A stretch of DNA of 64,000 nucleotides from Deinococcus sp. (GCA_965261005.1 OZ253375.1:512001-576000), one strand, 5' to 3'; counted from the stretch's first letter, positions 45,552 to 55,906 are shown. The notes: a model not told the origin generated them from the sequence alone. Numbers and translations: made by a program.

Positions 45552-46760
45552 TCAGCCGGCCGCCTCTTCCTGCCGAATCGCAGGCTTCCCCGGCGGAACC
45601 TGGCGGTAGACCCACAGCGCCTCAGCGGCCAAACACAGCGCGGTCAGCACGAAGGGGGCGTGGTAGCCGGCGCGCAGCAGCAGGGCGCCCGCCAGGGGGC
45701 CGGCCGCGAAGCCGAGGGCGCTGGCACTGGCGGTCAGGCCGAAGGCGGCGCCGCGCGACTCGGGGCGGGTCAGCTGGCCCAGGATGACGTTGGCGGCGGG
45801 AATGGTGCCGCCGATGAAGAGGCCCATGCCGGCGCGCAGCAGGCCCAGCGCCAGGACCGAGGTCGCCAAAGCTTGCCCGGCGGCGAAGACGGCCGCCCCA
45901 CCCGCGCAGGCGACCAGCACCGTGCGCGGCGTGAGCCGGTCGGCCAAGCGCCCCGCCACCAGCGCGCCCACGCTGGCGCTCAGGGCGAAGGCGCCCAAAA
46001 CCACCCCGGTCGCGGTGGAGGTGCCCCGGCCGCCGATCAGCGACCCGACGAACAGCGGCAGCACCGGCCCCACAACGGAGTTGGCGAACTGGTCGAGAAA
46101 GGTCACGACCAGCACGGGCCGCAGGGCCTTTGTGTCGGGCGGGGCCGCGTTCACGGCGGTTGTTTGGGCGGGTCGCCGCCGCTCACGGGCGCCGAACAGC
46201 ACCAGCGCGCCTGTCACCAAGAGCAGCCCGGCCGTCAGCCCGAAGGCGGCGCGGTAACCGTACAGGTCGGCGACGGCGCCGCCGATGAGGGGACCGCCCG
46301 CCACGCCGATCAGCACCGCCGTCTGCATCAGGCCCATGCTGGAGCCGAGCCGCCCCGCCGGCACCACCGACGCGACCAGGGTGTTGGCGGCCGAGATGGT
46401 GCCGGTCAAACCGCCCTGGAGTAAGCGCAGCAGCACCAGCGGCGAAGGGCCTTGCACCAAGCCCATCGCGCCCACCACAAAGACGCCGGCGAAGGTCGCG
46501 CGCAGCACCATCGCCTTGCGCCCGAAGCGGTCCGCGAGGCGGCCCCACAGCGGCGCGAGCAGCGCCATCGCCAGGCCCGAGGCGGTCGAGGACACCCCCG
46601 CCCACAGCGCGGCCCGGCTGGGCGACGTCACCCCCAGCTCGCGGATGTACAGCGGCAAAAAGGGCAGCGCCGTCGCAAAGGCCGCCTGGGAGATCACCTG
46701 CGACAAGACCATGACCCACAGCGTCGTGGACCAGGTGCGCGGGGACGGGGCGGCGTTCAC
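45552..46760 (-). CDS. MFS transporter (DHA1/MdtG-like)
   Basis: PFLPLYI and WGRLADRFGRK motifs, about 12 TM segments. Confidence 0.9.
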   Translation of the reverse strand: MNAAPSPRTWSTTLWVMVLSQVISQAAFATALPFLPLYIRELGVTSPSRAALWAGVSSTASGLAMALLAPLWGRLADRFGRKAMVLRATFAGVFVVGAMGLVQGPSPLVLLRLLQGGLTGTISAANTLVASVVPAGRLGSSMGLMQTAVLIGVAGGPLIGGAVADLYGYRAAFGLTAGLLLVTGALVLFGARERRRPAQTTAVNAAPPDTKALRPVLVVTFLDQFANSVVGPVLPLFVGSLIGGRGTSTATGVVLGAFALSASVGALVAGRLADRLTPRTVLVACAGGAAVFAAGQALATSVLALGLLRAGMGLFIGGTIPAANVILGQLTRPESRGAAFGLTASASALGFAAGPLAGALLLRAGYHAPFVLTALCLAAEALWVYRQVPPGKPAIRQEEAAG

Positions 46761-46823
46761 CTCAGGAGGATAGCAACCCTATGCTGTCCCCCTGCCAATC
46801 AACAACGATCAAGACGCTGGTTC

Positions 46824-47408
46824 TCATTTCTCACGGCGCCGCGCCTTCCCAGCACCCCAGCGCGCCGACAGCGCCCCGGCCAGAAAGCCGAACAGGTGGG
46901 CTTGCCACGACACCCCCGGCGTCAGCGGCAGCACGCCCCACAGCGCTGTGCCGTAGACCAGCAATACGCCGAGGGCCACCACAATGGCGGCCGTACTCCT
47001 CTCGTAGAAGCCGCGCGCCAGCAGGTAGCCCAGGTAGCCGAACACCAGAATGCTCGCCCCCAAGTGGACCGTAAAGGCGGGCGCGAACAGCCACACGCCC
47101 AGGCCGCCCAGCAGCATCACGGTCAGGGTGACGAGGGCGAAGCGCAGGATGGAGCGCAGCGCCACCAGAAAGCCCAGCACGGCGAAGGGGACGCTGTTGG
47201 CGATCAGGTGCGCGAAGCCGACGTGCAAAAAGGGCGCGAACAGCAGGCCGCGCAGCCCCAGCTCGGTGCGCGGCACGATGCCCAGCGCGTCCAGCCGCCC
47301 GCCGAGCAGCTGGTCGAGGATCTCCTCGGCCCACATCACGCCGAGCAGCGAGAGGACGAGGGTAGCCGCCGCGAGCAGCGGGGGACGGCGTGGAGGAAGG
47401 GGGCGCAC
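46824..47408 (-). CDS. rhomboid-family intramembrane serine protease
   Basis: FLH...HLIAN, GAS and SWQAHLFG motifs; start estimated. Confidence 0.88.
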   Translation of the reverse strand: MRPLPPRRPPLLAAATLVLSLLGVMWAEEILDQLLGGRLDALGIVPRTELGLRGLLFAPFLHVGFAHLIANSVPFAVLGFLVALRSILRFALVTLTVMLLGGLGVWLFAPAFTVHLGASILVFGYLGYLLARGFYERSTAAIVVALGVLLVYGTALWGVLPLTPGVSWQAHLFGFLAGALSARWGAGKARRREK

Positions 47409-47471
47409 GCCTTTTGTACGCGCCCTCAGCCACGGGGGTTGCGGCCAGGCGGTGCGGCACAATAAGCCCAT

Positions 47472-48539
47472 ATGGCCCACCACCTCTTGTTCGCCGGCAG
47501 CTACACCCGGCCCGAGCCTCACGTCCCGAGCGCCCGAGGGCAGGGAATTGCCGCCTTTGACTTCGACGCGGACGCGGGAACGCTGCACCCCCTCGGCGTT
47601 CACACCGGCCCGGCCAACCCCACCTTTTTGGCGGCGCACCCAAACGGGCGTTTTCTATACGCGGTGAGCGAGGTCGAGGCCGGCGTGCTGAGCGCCTTTG
47701 AAGTCGGTTCAGGGGGCGCGCTCAAAGCGCTGAACGCCCAACCGACGGAGGGCGGCGCGCCGGTTCAGGTGAGTCTCGACCCTCAGGGGCGCTTCGCCTA
47801 CGCGGTCAACTACGCCGGGGGGGCGGCCATCACGGCCTTTCCCGTCTTGCCGGACGGCTCCCTCGGGCCGCGCGCCGCCGCCGCCGAGCACGCCGGCGGC
47901 GGGCCGAACCCTGGGCGGCAGGCGGGGCCGCATCCCCACGGCGTTCAGGTCTCCCCCGACGGCCGCCACGTCTACGTCTGCGACCTCGGCACCGACGAGG
48001 TCGTGACCTACGCCCCACCGGAGGGACAGCCCTCGCCGCGCCGCCTGAACGCGCTGCGCCTGCCCCCCGGCAGCGGCCCGCGCCACCTGACCCTGCACCC
48101 GTCCGGGCGCTTCGCCTACGCGGCGCTGGAGCTGGGTTCGGGGGTGGCCGCGCTGAACCGCGACCCAGAGAGTGGCGCGCTCATTGTGCGGCAACGTGTG
48201 CCCGCGCAGCCGCGAGCTTACACGGGCGAAAACGCGCCGGCCGAGGTGCTCCTGAGCGCCGACGGCCGCTTCGTGTACGTCAGCACCCGGGGGCACGACG
48301 GCGTCGCCGTGTTCGGGGTGAACGGCGGGACTGGCGAGCTGACCAACCTGGCCTTTGTTCCAACCCTCGGAAAGACGCCCAGAAGCTGCGTTCTCTCGCC
48401 GAATGAGGAACATGTGCTGGCGGCCAACCAGGACTCTTCGACCATCACGGTGTTCCGGCGCGACGCGCGCACCGGCGGGCTGAGCGGCGGCACCATCTTT
48501 CCCTGCCCCACGCCGGCCAGCCTGTGCTTTGTGCCTTGA
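47472..48539 (+). CDS. lactonase family protein (6-phosphogluconolactonase-like beta-propeller)
   Basis: GSYT, RQAGPHPH, GPRH and ANQDS motifs. Confidence 0.9.
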   Translation: MAHHLLFAGSYTRPEPHVPSARGQGIAAFDFDADAGTLHPLGVHTGPANPTFLAAHPNGRFLYAVSEVEAGVLSAFEVGSGGALKALNAQPTEGGAPVQVSLDPQGRFAYAVNYAGGAAITAFPVLPDGSLGPRAAAAEHAGGGPNPGRQAGPHPHGVQVSPDGRHVYVCDLGTDEVVTYAPPEGQPSPRRLNALRLPPGSGPRHLTLHPSGRFAYAALELGSGVAALNRDPESGALIVRQRVPAQPRAYTGENAPAEVLLSADGRFVYVSTRGHDGVAVFGVNGGTGELTNLAFVPTLGKTPRSCVLSPNEEHVLAANQDSSTITVFRRDARTGGLSGGTIFPCPTPASLCFVP

Positions 48540-48572
48540 CAGAAAACGCTCTGCCGTTCACCTTGAGGGGCG

Positions 48573-50078
48573 ATGACCGACACCGTACCGGGCCAGACAG
48601 CTACGCTCCCCCTCGTTCCCTACCCCCGCCACCTTGAACGGGGGGCGGGGCAACTGACGGCCCGCGCCCTTCGCCCGCCCCCCCAGGACGCGCCGCACGC
48701 CCGCGAGGCCGCCGAGCTGCTTGGGGCGCACGGCTACACGCTGATTGAAACGGCCGGGGCGGAACTCTCGCTGAACCTCGACCCGCTGCTGGCCGGGGAG
48801 GCGTACCGGCTGCACGTCGGCGAGGGCGGCGTGATGATCGGCGGCGGCTCGGCGGCGGGCGTCTTTTACGGGCTGGAGACGCTGCGGCAGCTGCTTCAGT
48901 CGGGCGGGCCGCTGCCGTACCTGGACGTCCTCGACGAGCCGCAGTTCGGGTGGCGCGGCCTGATGCTGGATGTGGCCCGCCACTTCATGCCGCTCCCCTT
49001 TGTCAAAAAGCTGCTCGACCTCTTGGCGCGGCACAAGCTGAACATTTTCCACCTGCACCTCAGCGACGACCAGGGATGGCGCATGGAGATCAAGACGTAC
49101 CCGCGCCTGACCGACGTCGGCGCGTGGCGCGCCCGGACGCAGTTGGGGCACGGCCTCGACTCGCCGCGCGTGTACGGCGACGAGCCGCACGGCGGCTTTT
49201 ACACCCAAGAAGAACTGCGCGACCTGGTCGCCTACGCGGCCGAGCGCCACATCACCGTCGTGCCGGAAATTGACATGCCGGGCCACATGCTGGCCGCTAT
49301 CGCCGCCTACCCGCAGCTGGGCAACCATCCGGACGTGCGGCGCGAGGTCGGCAGCTCCTGGGGCGTCATCGATCACGTGTTGAACTTGGAAGAGAGCACC
49401 TTTGAATTCTTGGAGAACGTGCTGCGCGAGGTCTTCGGGGTGTTTCCGGGTCCCTACGTTCACCTGGGCGGCGACGAGTGCCCCCCGGACGAGTGGATGG
49501 CCAGCGGGCGCGCCCGGGAGCGCGCCCACGAACTCGGCTTGGAGAACGCGGAAGCGTCGCAGGCGTACTTCATGCGGCGCATGGCCGGCTTTCTCAAGGC
49601 GCACGGCAAGCACTTCGTCGGCTGGGACGAGGTCATTGACAACACCGTGCTGGAGCGCGACGCCGTCATCATGGCTTGGCGGCCCGCCGACTACAGCTTG
49701 GAGGCGCTCAGGGAGGGCTTTCCCGTCGTGATGGCGCCCAACGCCCTCACCTACCTCGACCATTACCAAAAGCCGCCGGGGGAGGTGGCGCAGCCCCTCG
49801 CCATCGGCGGCCACACGTCCTGGGAAAGGCTGTACCGCTGGCAGGTCTACCCGGAAGGCGCGGGGGAAGCGTTGCGCGCGAATGTGGTGGGCGCGCAGGT
49901 ACAGGTCTGGACCGAGTACATGAAGACGCCGCAGCAAGTTGAGTTCATGGTCTTTCCGCGCCTGAGCGCCTTTAGCGAGGTCGTCTGGTCCTCCCCGGAG
50001 TCGCGCGACACCGGCGACCTCGGCGCCCGCCTGAGGGAACTGCTGCCCCACCTGAACGTCGCCCACGGGCCGCTGTAA
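48573..50078 (+). CDS. beta-N-acetylhexosaminidase, GH20
   Basis: WRGLMLDVARH, HLSDDQGWR, PEIDMPGH and HLGGDE motifs. Confidence 0.95.
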   Translation: MTDTVPGQTATLPLVPYPRHLERGAGQLTARALRPPPQDAPHAREAAELLGAHGYTLIETAGAELSLNLDPLLAGEAYRLHVGEGGVMIGGGSAAGVFYGLETLRQLLQSGGPLPYLDVLDEPQFGWRGLMLDVARHFMPLPFVKKLLDLLARHKLNIFHLHLSDDQGWRMEIKTYPRLTDVGAWRARTQLGHGLDSPRVYGDEPHGGFYTQEELRDLVAYAAERHITVVPEIDMPGHMLAAIAAYPQLGNHPDVRREVGSSWGVIDHVLNLEESTFEFLENVLREVFGVFPGPYVHLGGDECPPDEWMASGRARERAHELGLENAEASQAYFMRRMAGFLKAHGKHFVGWDEVIDNTVLERDAVIMAWRPADYSLEALREGFPVVMAPNALTYLDHYQKPPGEVAQPLAIGGHTSWERLYRWQVYPEGAGEALRANVVGAQVQVWTEYMKTPQQVEFMVFPRLSAFSEVVWSSPESRDTGDLGARLRELLPHLNVAHGPL

Positions 50079-50183
50079 CGAAGACAACTTCCCGAACCGG
50101 AGCGATTTCTGACATCCCTCCGGCGTCCCGACGTTTATACTTTATTTATTCGCCTCGCAAGCTGTGGCGTTCGGAGGCGCGCC

Positions 50184-50861
50184 ATGAAGAAATTGCGACC
50201 GTTTTGCCCCGCACCCCTGGGGCGCCTTTACGGCGCCCTGCGCGACCCGATCAGCAGCTTGACGCACTGGCTCGGGGCGGTTCTTTCCCTCGGTTTGCTG
50301 GGCGTGCTGCTCGCTTGGGCCTACAGGCAGGGGTTGCCGCTGTGGCCCTTCGCGGCCTTCGGCGTCAGTGCGGCGCTGCTGTACATCGCCTCGGCCTCGT
50401 ACCACAGCTTTCGCGTCTCGGCGCGGGCGCTGCTGTGGCTGCGCAAGCTCGACCACGGCGCCATCTTCCTGTTGATCGCGGGCAGCTTCACGCCACTGCT
50501 GTATTTCGGGCTGGGAAACGGCACCCGCACCGCCGTGCTGGGCGCGCTGTGGGGCGTCGCCCTGGCGGGGGTGGCGCTCAAGCTGATCACCATGCGCCTG
50601 CCGCGCTGGGTCTCCACCGCCCTCTATCTGGGCATGGCCTGGACCATGCTGATCTTCGTGCCCCAACTGGCGCGGACGCTGCCGGCGGCATCGCTCATCT
50701 GGCTGGGCGTCGGCGGGCTGCTGTACAGCGTGGGGGCGCTCATTTACGCCACCAAAAAGCCCGACTTCAGGCCGGGCGTGTTCGGCTTTCACGAGGTCTG
50801 GCACCTCTTCGTGCTGGGCGGCACCGGCGCGACCTTTGGCATGGCGCTGAGCCTGCGCTGA
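50184..50861 (+). CDS. hemolysin III / PAQR family membrane protein
   Basis: [20 protein letters not shown] and HEVWHLFV motifs. Confidence 0.93.
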   Translation: MKKLRPFCPAPLGRLYGALRDPISSLTHWLGAVLSLGLLGVLLAWAYRQGLPLWPFAAFGVSAALLYIASASYHSFRVSARALLWLRKLDHGAIFLLIAGSFTPLLYFGLGNGTRTAVLGALWGVALAGVALKLITMRLPRWVSTALYLGMAWTMLIFVPQLARTLPAASLIWLGVGGLLYSVGALIYATKKPDFRPGVFGFHEVWHLFVLGGTGATFGMALSLR

Positions 50862-50863
50862 GT

Positions 50864-51484
50864 TCACCCCCTGAGCAACCAGGCCGGGCCGCGCGGGTCC
50901 AGGGCTTGCTCAGCGAGGGCGTGCTTAGAGTGAGCGCGCGCCCGCTTGAGGGTGTCCAGCACGTGGTCTCGCCGCTCCGGGTGCCCCGCCAAGCCGCGGC
51001 TACTCGGATGCCAACTAAACAGCGTCACCACGTCCGGGTATTGGCTGCGCAACGGTGCCCAGCCACGTGTGGCCCACTCGCCCAGCGTCACGACCACATG
51101 CAGGTTGGGCAGCAGGGCCAGCACTTCCCGCAGGTGAGCGCGCCCGTCCCGAACCTCCCGAATGGCGCCGCCCTCGCCGACGTACCACGGCACAATGTTC
51201 CAAAAGGCCAGTTCTTCGCGGGCCAGCCCCGCTTCCCGCACGAGGGCCAGCAGGTTACGCGCGGTGGGGTCGGCGTTGTCCATGCTCACGAGGCCGCTGC
51301 CGCCCACCCCCGCTACGGCCCCCGGACCGGGCGCCTTCAGCAGCAGCAGCATGCGAGCGCGCACGCCGCCGTCGAGGGGATCGAAGTCCGGCACGTCCGA
51401 GCGGCCGAGTTGGGCGCGCAGACGTTCCACGTAGGCTGCGAGCGGCGCCATATGGTCGGCCTGAAGGCGTTCTGAGGGCGACAC
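50864..51484 (-). CDS. uracil-DNA glycosylase superfamily protein
   Basis: PDFDP, APG, WNIVPW and HPS motifs; TACAGT-N6-GTG start. Confidence 0.8.
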   Translation of the reverse strand: MSPSERLQADHMAPLAAYVERLRAQLGRSDVPDFDPLDGGVRARMLLLLKAPGPGAVAGVGGSGLVSMDNADPTARNLLALVREAGLAREELAFWNIVPWYVGEGGAIREVRDGRAHLREVLALLPNLHVVVTLGEWATRGWAPLRSQYPDVVTLFSWHPSSRGLAGHPERRDHVLDTLKRARAHSKHALAEQALDPRGPAWLLRG

Positions 51485-51554
51485 GCCCGAACTGTAGCAC
51501 CAAACTTGACCGGACAAAGGCTTCCGCCGCCCTCCCTGCCTTACACTGTCTCTG

Positions 51555-52268
51555 ATGAATGAAAGCGGACCGCTGGAGCGCCTGTACCGAGTTCAACAGC
51601 TCGACCTCAACCTCGACCAGCTTCAAACCGAGGAGGGCCGCGTGCCAGAGGCGCTGGAGGGGGCGCGGCGCGAGCAGGGGCGCGTAAACAACGCGCTTGA
51701 GGACGCCGAGATCGAGTTGGAGGGCGTGGAAAAGCAGGTGAGAACACTGGAAGGCGACCTCGCCTCGACGAGGGACCAGATCGCGCACAGCAAGGCCGAG
51801 CAGGACAAGAACGCCTTCGACGCCAAGGCGCAGACCCAATACCAAAACCGCATTCAGCAGCTGGGGGACCGCATCACCGAGACCGAGGGCGACGTGCAGC
51901 CGCTGTACGAGCGCCGCCGCGCGCTGGAAGAACGGCGCGGCGAGCTGCGCGCCCACCTGCGGGAACTGCGCCCGAGAATCGCGCAGATGGAGCAGGATGA
52001 CCAGGCGCGCGTGCAGGGTTTGCAATCCCAGCAGGCCGGGGTGCGCGCAGAGCGCGACGGGGAGGCGACCACCATCGAGCCGAGGCTGTACAAGGAGTAC
52101 ACCATGATCCGCCGGGCCAAGCGTGGCCTGGGCATCGTGCCCATCGAGAACGGACGTTGCACCGGCTGCAACATGCAGCTGCCGGTGACGGTGCAACAGC
52201 GCGCCGGCACCGGCAAGCTGCCGGCCGTGAAGTGCCCCTCGTGCGGACGCTTCTTGTTCAAAAACTAA
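51555..52268 (+). CDS. coiled-coil protein with C4 zinc ribbon (CT398/DUF164-like)
   Basis: Long coiled coil, CTGC...CPSCGR. Confidence 0.88.
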   Translation: MNESGPLERLYRVQQLDLNLDQLQTEEGRVPEALEGARREQGRVNNALEDAEIELEGVEKQVRTLEGDLASTRDQIAHSKAEQDKNAFDAKAQTQYQNRIQQLGDRITETEGDVQPLYERRRALEERRGELRAHLRELRPRIAQMEQDDQARVQGLQSQQAGVRAERDGEATTIEPRLYKEYTMIRRAKRGLGIVPIENGRCTGCNMQLPVTVQQRAGTGKLPAVKCPSCGRFLFKN

Positions 52269-52399
52269 AATGGGCCAAGTACCTCCCGGCTAACGTTTCG
52301 TGCTTGCGCCAAGAACGCGCAAGCACTCCACTCTCGCCAGGACGTACTTTTTCCCCTACTCGCTCTGCTCGGATGATCTAAAGATCATCAGGTAGATAC

Positions 52400-52846
52400 T
52401 TAAAAGCGCCGGAACAGCCACACGCCGCCCAGCACCAACAGCACGCCCAGCAGACGCGTCCAGCTGGCCTTGTGAACGGCCAGCCCCAGCAGACCGAAGT
52501 GGTCGAGCAGCAGCGAGATCAGCAATTGGCCCACGATCACGGCGCCGAACAGCACGGTGGTGCCGAGGCGGGGCGCCAACAGCAGCGCGGTGGGCACGTA
52601 GACGGCGCCCAGCAAACCGCCCAGCCAAGCGATGGGCGGCACGCTCGCCACGCGGGCGGCGGCGGGCCAGTGGGCGCGTGCCAGCAGCACGAACAGCGCC
52701 AGCGCGAGGCTGCCGACCGCGAAGCTGACCAGGGCCGCCAGCAGCGCGTTGCCCAGCCCCGCGCCCAAGCGGGCGTTCAGCACGGCCTGCACCGGCAGCA
52801 GCGCGCCGCCCAGGACCGCCAAGATCACGAAGAGCCACAGCATCAT
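52400..52846 (-). CDS. DMT family transporter (YdcZ/DUF606-like)
   Basis: QAVLNARL, GGLLGA and GQL...DHFG motifs. Confidence 0.88.
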   Translation of the reverse strand: MMLWLFVILAVLGGALLPVQAVLNARLGAGLGNALLAALVSFAVGSLALALFVLLARAHWPAAARVASVPPIAWLGGLLGAVYVPTALLLAPRLGTTVLFGAVIVGQLLISLLLDHFGLLGLAVHKASWTRLLGVLLVLGGVWLFRRF

Positions 52847-52870
52847 GGCGCCACCAAGGCCAGCCCAGGC

Positions 52871-54244
52871 TCAGACCTCGACGCCGGCCCGCTCCAGCTC
52901 GGCGCGCTGCCCCTCGAAGCCGGAGCGGCCCATCAGGGCGTAGGTGAGCACCTTGCCCAGCTCGACGCCCGGCTGATCGAAGGCGTTGATGCCGAGCAAC
53001 TCGCCCATCACGCCGGTTTGCAGCATCAAAAAGTGCATCAGCTCGCCCAGCTGCTCGGCGTCTACCCGCTCGATGCTGAGGGTGGAGTTGGGCTGACCAG
53101 CCTGCGCCAGGGCGTAGGCGGTGGCGGCCAACTCGGCGTTCATCAGGCTTTGGTAGGGCTTGCCCGCCAAGTAGCCGGTCTCGGCCTCGCCGGGTTCGGC
53201 GTCGGGGATGCGGGCGTCCTTTTCGCTCTGCGCCACCCGCACGAAGGTCACGATTTTATCGCGCGGCCCCTCGCGGTACAGCTGCACCTGCGAGTGCTGG
53301 TCGGTGGTGCCGACCGCCTTGACCGGGGTGGTGCCAACGTGGCCGCCCCCCGGCGTGTTTTTGCCCAGGCTCTCGGCCCACAGCTGCGCGAACCAATCGG
53401 CCAGGTAGCGCAGCCGGGTCGAGTAGGGCATGAAGACCGTGATGTTGCGCCCGGCTTGGCCGTAGAGGTACTGGACCAAGGCGGCCTGCAAGATTTCGTT
53501 GTCGGCCGCGGGCTTCTCGAAGTGCCCGGCGGCCTTGCGCGCGCCGCGCAGCAGGGCGTCCACGTCCACCCCGCCCAAGGCGGCCGGCAGCAGCCCCACC
53601 GCGCTCAGCACGCTGAAACGGCCCCCCACGTTGGGTGGCACCGGCAGCGTGGCGTACCCCTTGCGCTCCGCCAACGGGCGCAGGATGCCCTTCTCGGGGT
53701 CGGTGGTGGCGATGATCTGCCCCTTGTACTTGTCCCCCAGCGCCCCCTCCAGCCAAGCCTTGCAGCTGAGGTAGGCCGCCATGGTCTCGGTGGTGGTGCC
53801 ACTCTTGGAGATCACGTTGACCAAAGTCTTCTGGGGATCGAGGACCTCCAACAGGCCCGAAATAACGTCGCCGTCCACGTTCTCGACGAAGTGGACCCGC
53901 ATGGCGGCGCGCCTGGACTGCGAATTCTGGGACATTAGGTTGAAGGAGGGATGTTGCAGCGCCGTGACCAGCGTCAGGCCGCCCAGCGACGAGCCGCCGA
54001 TGCCGAGTACGATCAAGTCATCAAACTGACCGGCGAGGCGGTCCCGCAGCGCCTTCACTTGGCCCAGCACCTCGCCCTGGGGAAGGTCCATCCAGCCCAG
54101 GTAAGGGTCGCCGCCCGCGCGCTGGCGCCCCAAGAGGGCGTCGCGCGCCTCCTCCAAGCGGGCCGCGTGGTCCTGCAAGGCGGCCGGCCACGCCAAGCCG
54201 GCGTCGCCGAGAACGCTGCCAGAAATGTACTGAAGGTTGAGCAT
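52871..54244 (-). CDS. pgi: glucose-6-phosphate isomerase
   Basis: GIGGSSLG, SKSGTTTET, GGRFSV, ESLGK, DQHS and DQPGVELGK motifs. Confidence 0.96.
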   Translation of the reverse strand: MLNLQYISGSVLGDAGLAWPAALQDHAARLEEARDALLGRQRAGGDPYLGWMDLPQGEVLGQVKALRDRLAGQFDDLIVLGIGGSSLGGLTLVTALQHPSFNLMSQNSQSRRAAMRVHFVENVDGDVISGLLEVLDPQKTLVNVISKSGTTTETMAAYLSCKAWLEGALGDKYKGQIIATTDPEKGILRPLAERKGYATLPVPPNVGGRFSVLSAVGLLPAALGGVDVDALLRGARKAAGHFEKPAADNEILQAALVQYLYGQAGRNITVFMPYSTRLRYLADWFAQLWAESLGKNTPGGGHVGTTPVKAVGTTDQHSQVQLYREGPRDKIVTFVRVAQSEKDARIPDAEPGEAETGYLAGKPYQSLMNAELAATAYALAQAGQPNSTLSIERVDAEQLGELMHFLMLQTGVMGELLGINAFDQPGVELGKVLTYALMGRSGFEGQRAELERAGVEV

Positions 54245-54357
54245 GCCGCCAGTCTACCCAGCCCCAAGCGACTGAAACCCGAATGAGAAGTCCCTCAGCG
54301 GAGGGCCAAGCCCCGCCCGCAAAGGGCGGTGCCACAATATGGCCCAGGAGGTTCAAC

Positions 54358-54789
54358 ATGAAAAAGGCACTTTTGGTGGGTCTGGGGCTGGCAGCGACGG
54401 GCGCCCTGGGCAGCGCCGGCGCGCAGGGGCTTCAGCTCAGCGGCGGCGGCACGCTCGCGAACGGCAACCTCGGCCTCAACTTCGGCCTCACGGCGCTCAA
54501 CGTCACCAACCTGAACGGCTACTCGGTAGACTTGCGCGGCTCGGCGGACGTGCGCAGCGGCTTCAGCGCCATCAACGCCGACGCCCTGATCAACTTTCCC
54601 ACCGCGGCTTTCAACTTGTACGGCGGCGCGGGCATCGGCTTCAGCCTCGGCAACAACAACGCCCTGTTCGCCGCCCTGACCGCCGGCCTGGCCGCCCCTC
54701 TCACCGACCAGTTCGGCGTGTTCGCCGAGGCCGCTCTGCGCTTCAACGCGCCCTCGACGGTGCGCTTCGGCGTGACCTACGTGTTTTAA
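54358..54789 (+). CDS. small outer-membrane beta-barrel protein
   Basis: AGGAGG RBS, signal peptide, alternating amphipathic strands, C-terminal Phe (GVTYVF). Confidence 0.75.
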   Translation: MKKALLVGLGLAATGALGSAGAQGLQLSGGGTLANGNLGLNFGLTALNVTNLNGYSVDLRGSADVRSGFSAINADALINFPTAAFNLYGGAGIGFSLGNNNALFAALTAGLAAPLTDQFGVFAEAALRFNAPSTVRFGVTYVF

Positions 54790-54795
54790 GGGCCA

Positions 54796-54837
54796 ATAAG
54801 AAAAGCGGGAAGGCTTCGGCCTTCCCGCTTTTCTTAT
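54796..54837. terminator. bidirectional intrinsic terminator
   Basis: ATAAGAAAAGCGGGAAGGC-TTCG-GCCTTCCCGCTTTTCTTAT. Confidence 0.9.
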
Positions 54838-54842
54838 GACCC

Positions 54843-55340
54843 CTACTTCTTGAGCTGCTTGACCACGGCGTCGGTCAGGTCGGTGCTTTTCAGATCGGCG
54901 TAGATCACCAGGCCGGTCTGCTGGGCGATGGCGCCGTCGAAGACCAGGCCGTAGCCCTGCGCCCTCGCGGCGGTGGCCACGGCGGCGTTGACCGTTTTGG
55001 ATACCGGCTCGAACTTGGCCTGAATCTGCTTTTGGTAGTTGGCGTTGGCGGCGTTAAAGGTCCGAACGGCGGTGTCGAGGGCTTGGCGGTCGGCGGCGCT
55101 CGCTCCTCCCCCGGCCACCTTTTGTTGCAGGGCGCGCACGGCGTCGGCCTGCTTTTTTAGATCGGCGTCGGCCTGCTTGCGAATGGCCGCCACCCCCTGA
55201 CCGCCCGGCGTGGCGGCCAGCACCTTTTGGACGTTCACGACGGCAATTTTGCTGCCGGCCTTTTGCGCCCCCGGGGCGGTGAGCAGCAGGGCGAGCGGGG
55301 CGAGCAGCAGCAGCTTGGGCAGATGGGGTTGAACGTTCAT
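54843..55340 (-). CDS. OmpH/Skp family protein (paralog 2)
   Basis: Signal peptide; KIAVVNVQKVL, VIYAD and DLTDAV motifs. Confidence 0.88.
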   Translation of the reverse strand: MNVQPHLPKLLLLAPLALLLTAPGAQKAGSKIAVVNVQKVLAATPGGQGVAAIRKQADADLKKQADAVRALQQKVAGGGASAADRQALDTAVRTFNAANANYQKQIQAKFEPVSKTVNAAVATAARAQGYGLVFDGAIAQQTGLVIYADLKSTDLTDAVVKQLKK

Positions 55341-55417
55341 ACGGCCTCCAGTGAAACGAGTAGAACCGGGCGAAAAAGAAGCCCCCGCAAAGGGGGGCGG
55401 GACGGAAAGATCAAGCC

Positions 55418-55906
55418 CTACTTCTTGATCTGCGCGATCACCGCCGGCGTCAGGTCCAGCGACTTCTCGTCGGCGTAGATCACCAGTTGGCTGCCGGCCG
55501 CCACGCCCTTGTTGAGAACCATGCTGAAGCCCTGATCCTGGGCAACCTTGGTGACGGCCGTGTTCACGTCGGCGTTGATAGGGGTCAGCTTGGCGTTGAC
55601 TTGGTCTTCCCACTTCTTGGCGTTGGCTTGGTAGGTCTTGAGCAGGGTGTCGTACTGCTGGCGCTCGGCGGCCGTGGCGTTCGTCCCCTTGTCCTGAATG
55701 GCCTTGAGCTGGTCGGCGGCGGGCTTGAGGTCGGTTTGTGACTTTTTGTAGAGGCCGTCCACCTCGCCGTACTTGGGGCTGGCCTGCAACACGGCCTGCA
55801 CGTCCACGTAGCCGATCTTCTGGGAGGCGTTTTGGGCGTGGGGGACTGTGGCGAGGGAAGCCAGCGCGCCGAGGGCGGCCAGCGGAATCAGTGCTTTCGC
55901 GTTCAT
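55418..55906 (-). CDS. OmpH/Skp family protein (paralog 1)
   Basis: Signal peptide; KIGYVDVQAVL, VIYAD and DLTPAV motifs. Confidence 0.88.
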   Translation of the reverse strand: MNAKALIPLAALGALASLATVPHAQNASQKIGYVDVQAVLQASPKYGEVDGLYKKSQTDLKPAADQLKAIQDKGTNATAAERQQYDTLLKTYQANAKKWEDQVNAKLTPINADVNTAVTKVAQDQGFSMVLNKGVAAGSQLVIYADEKSLDLTPAVIAQIKK

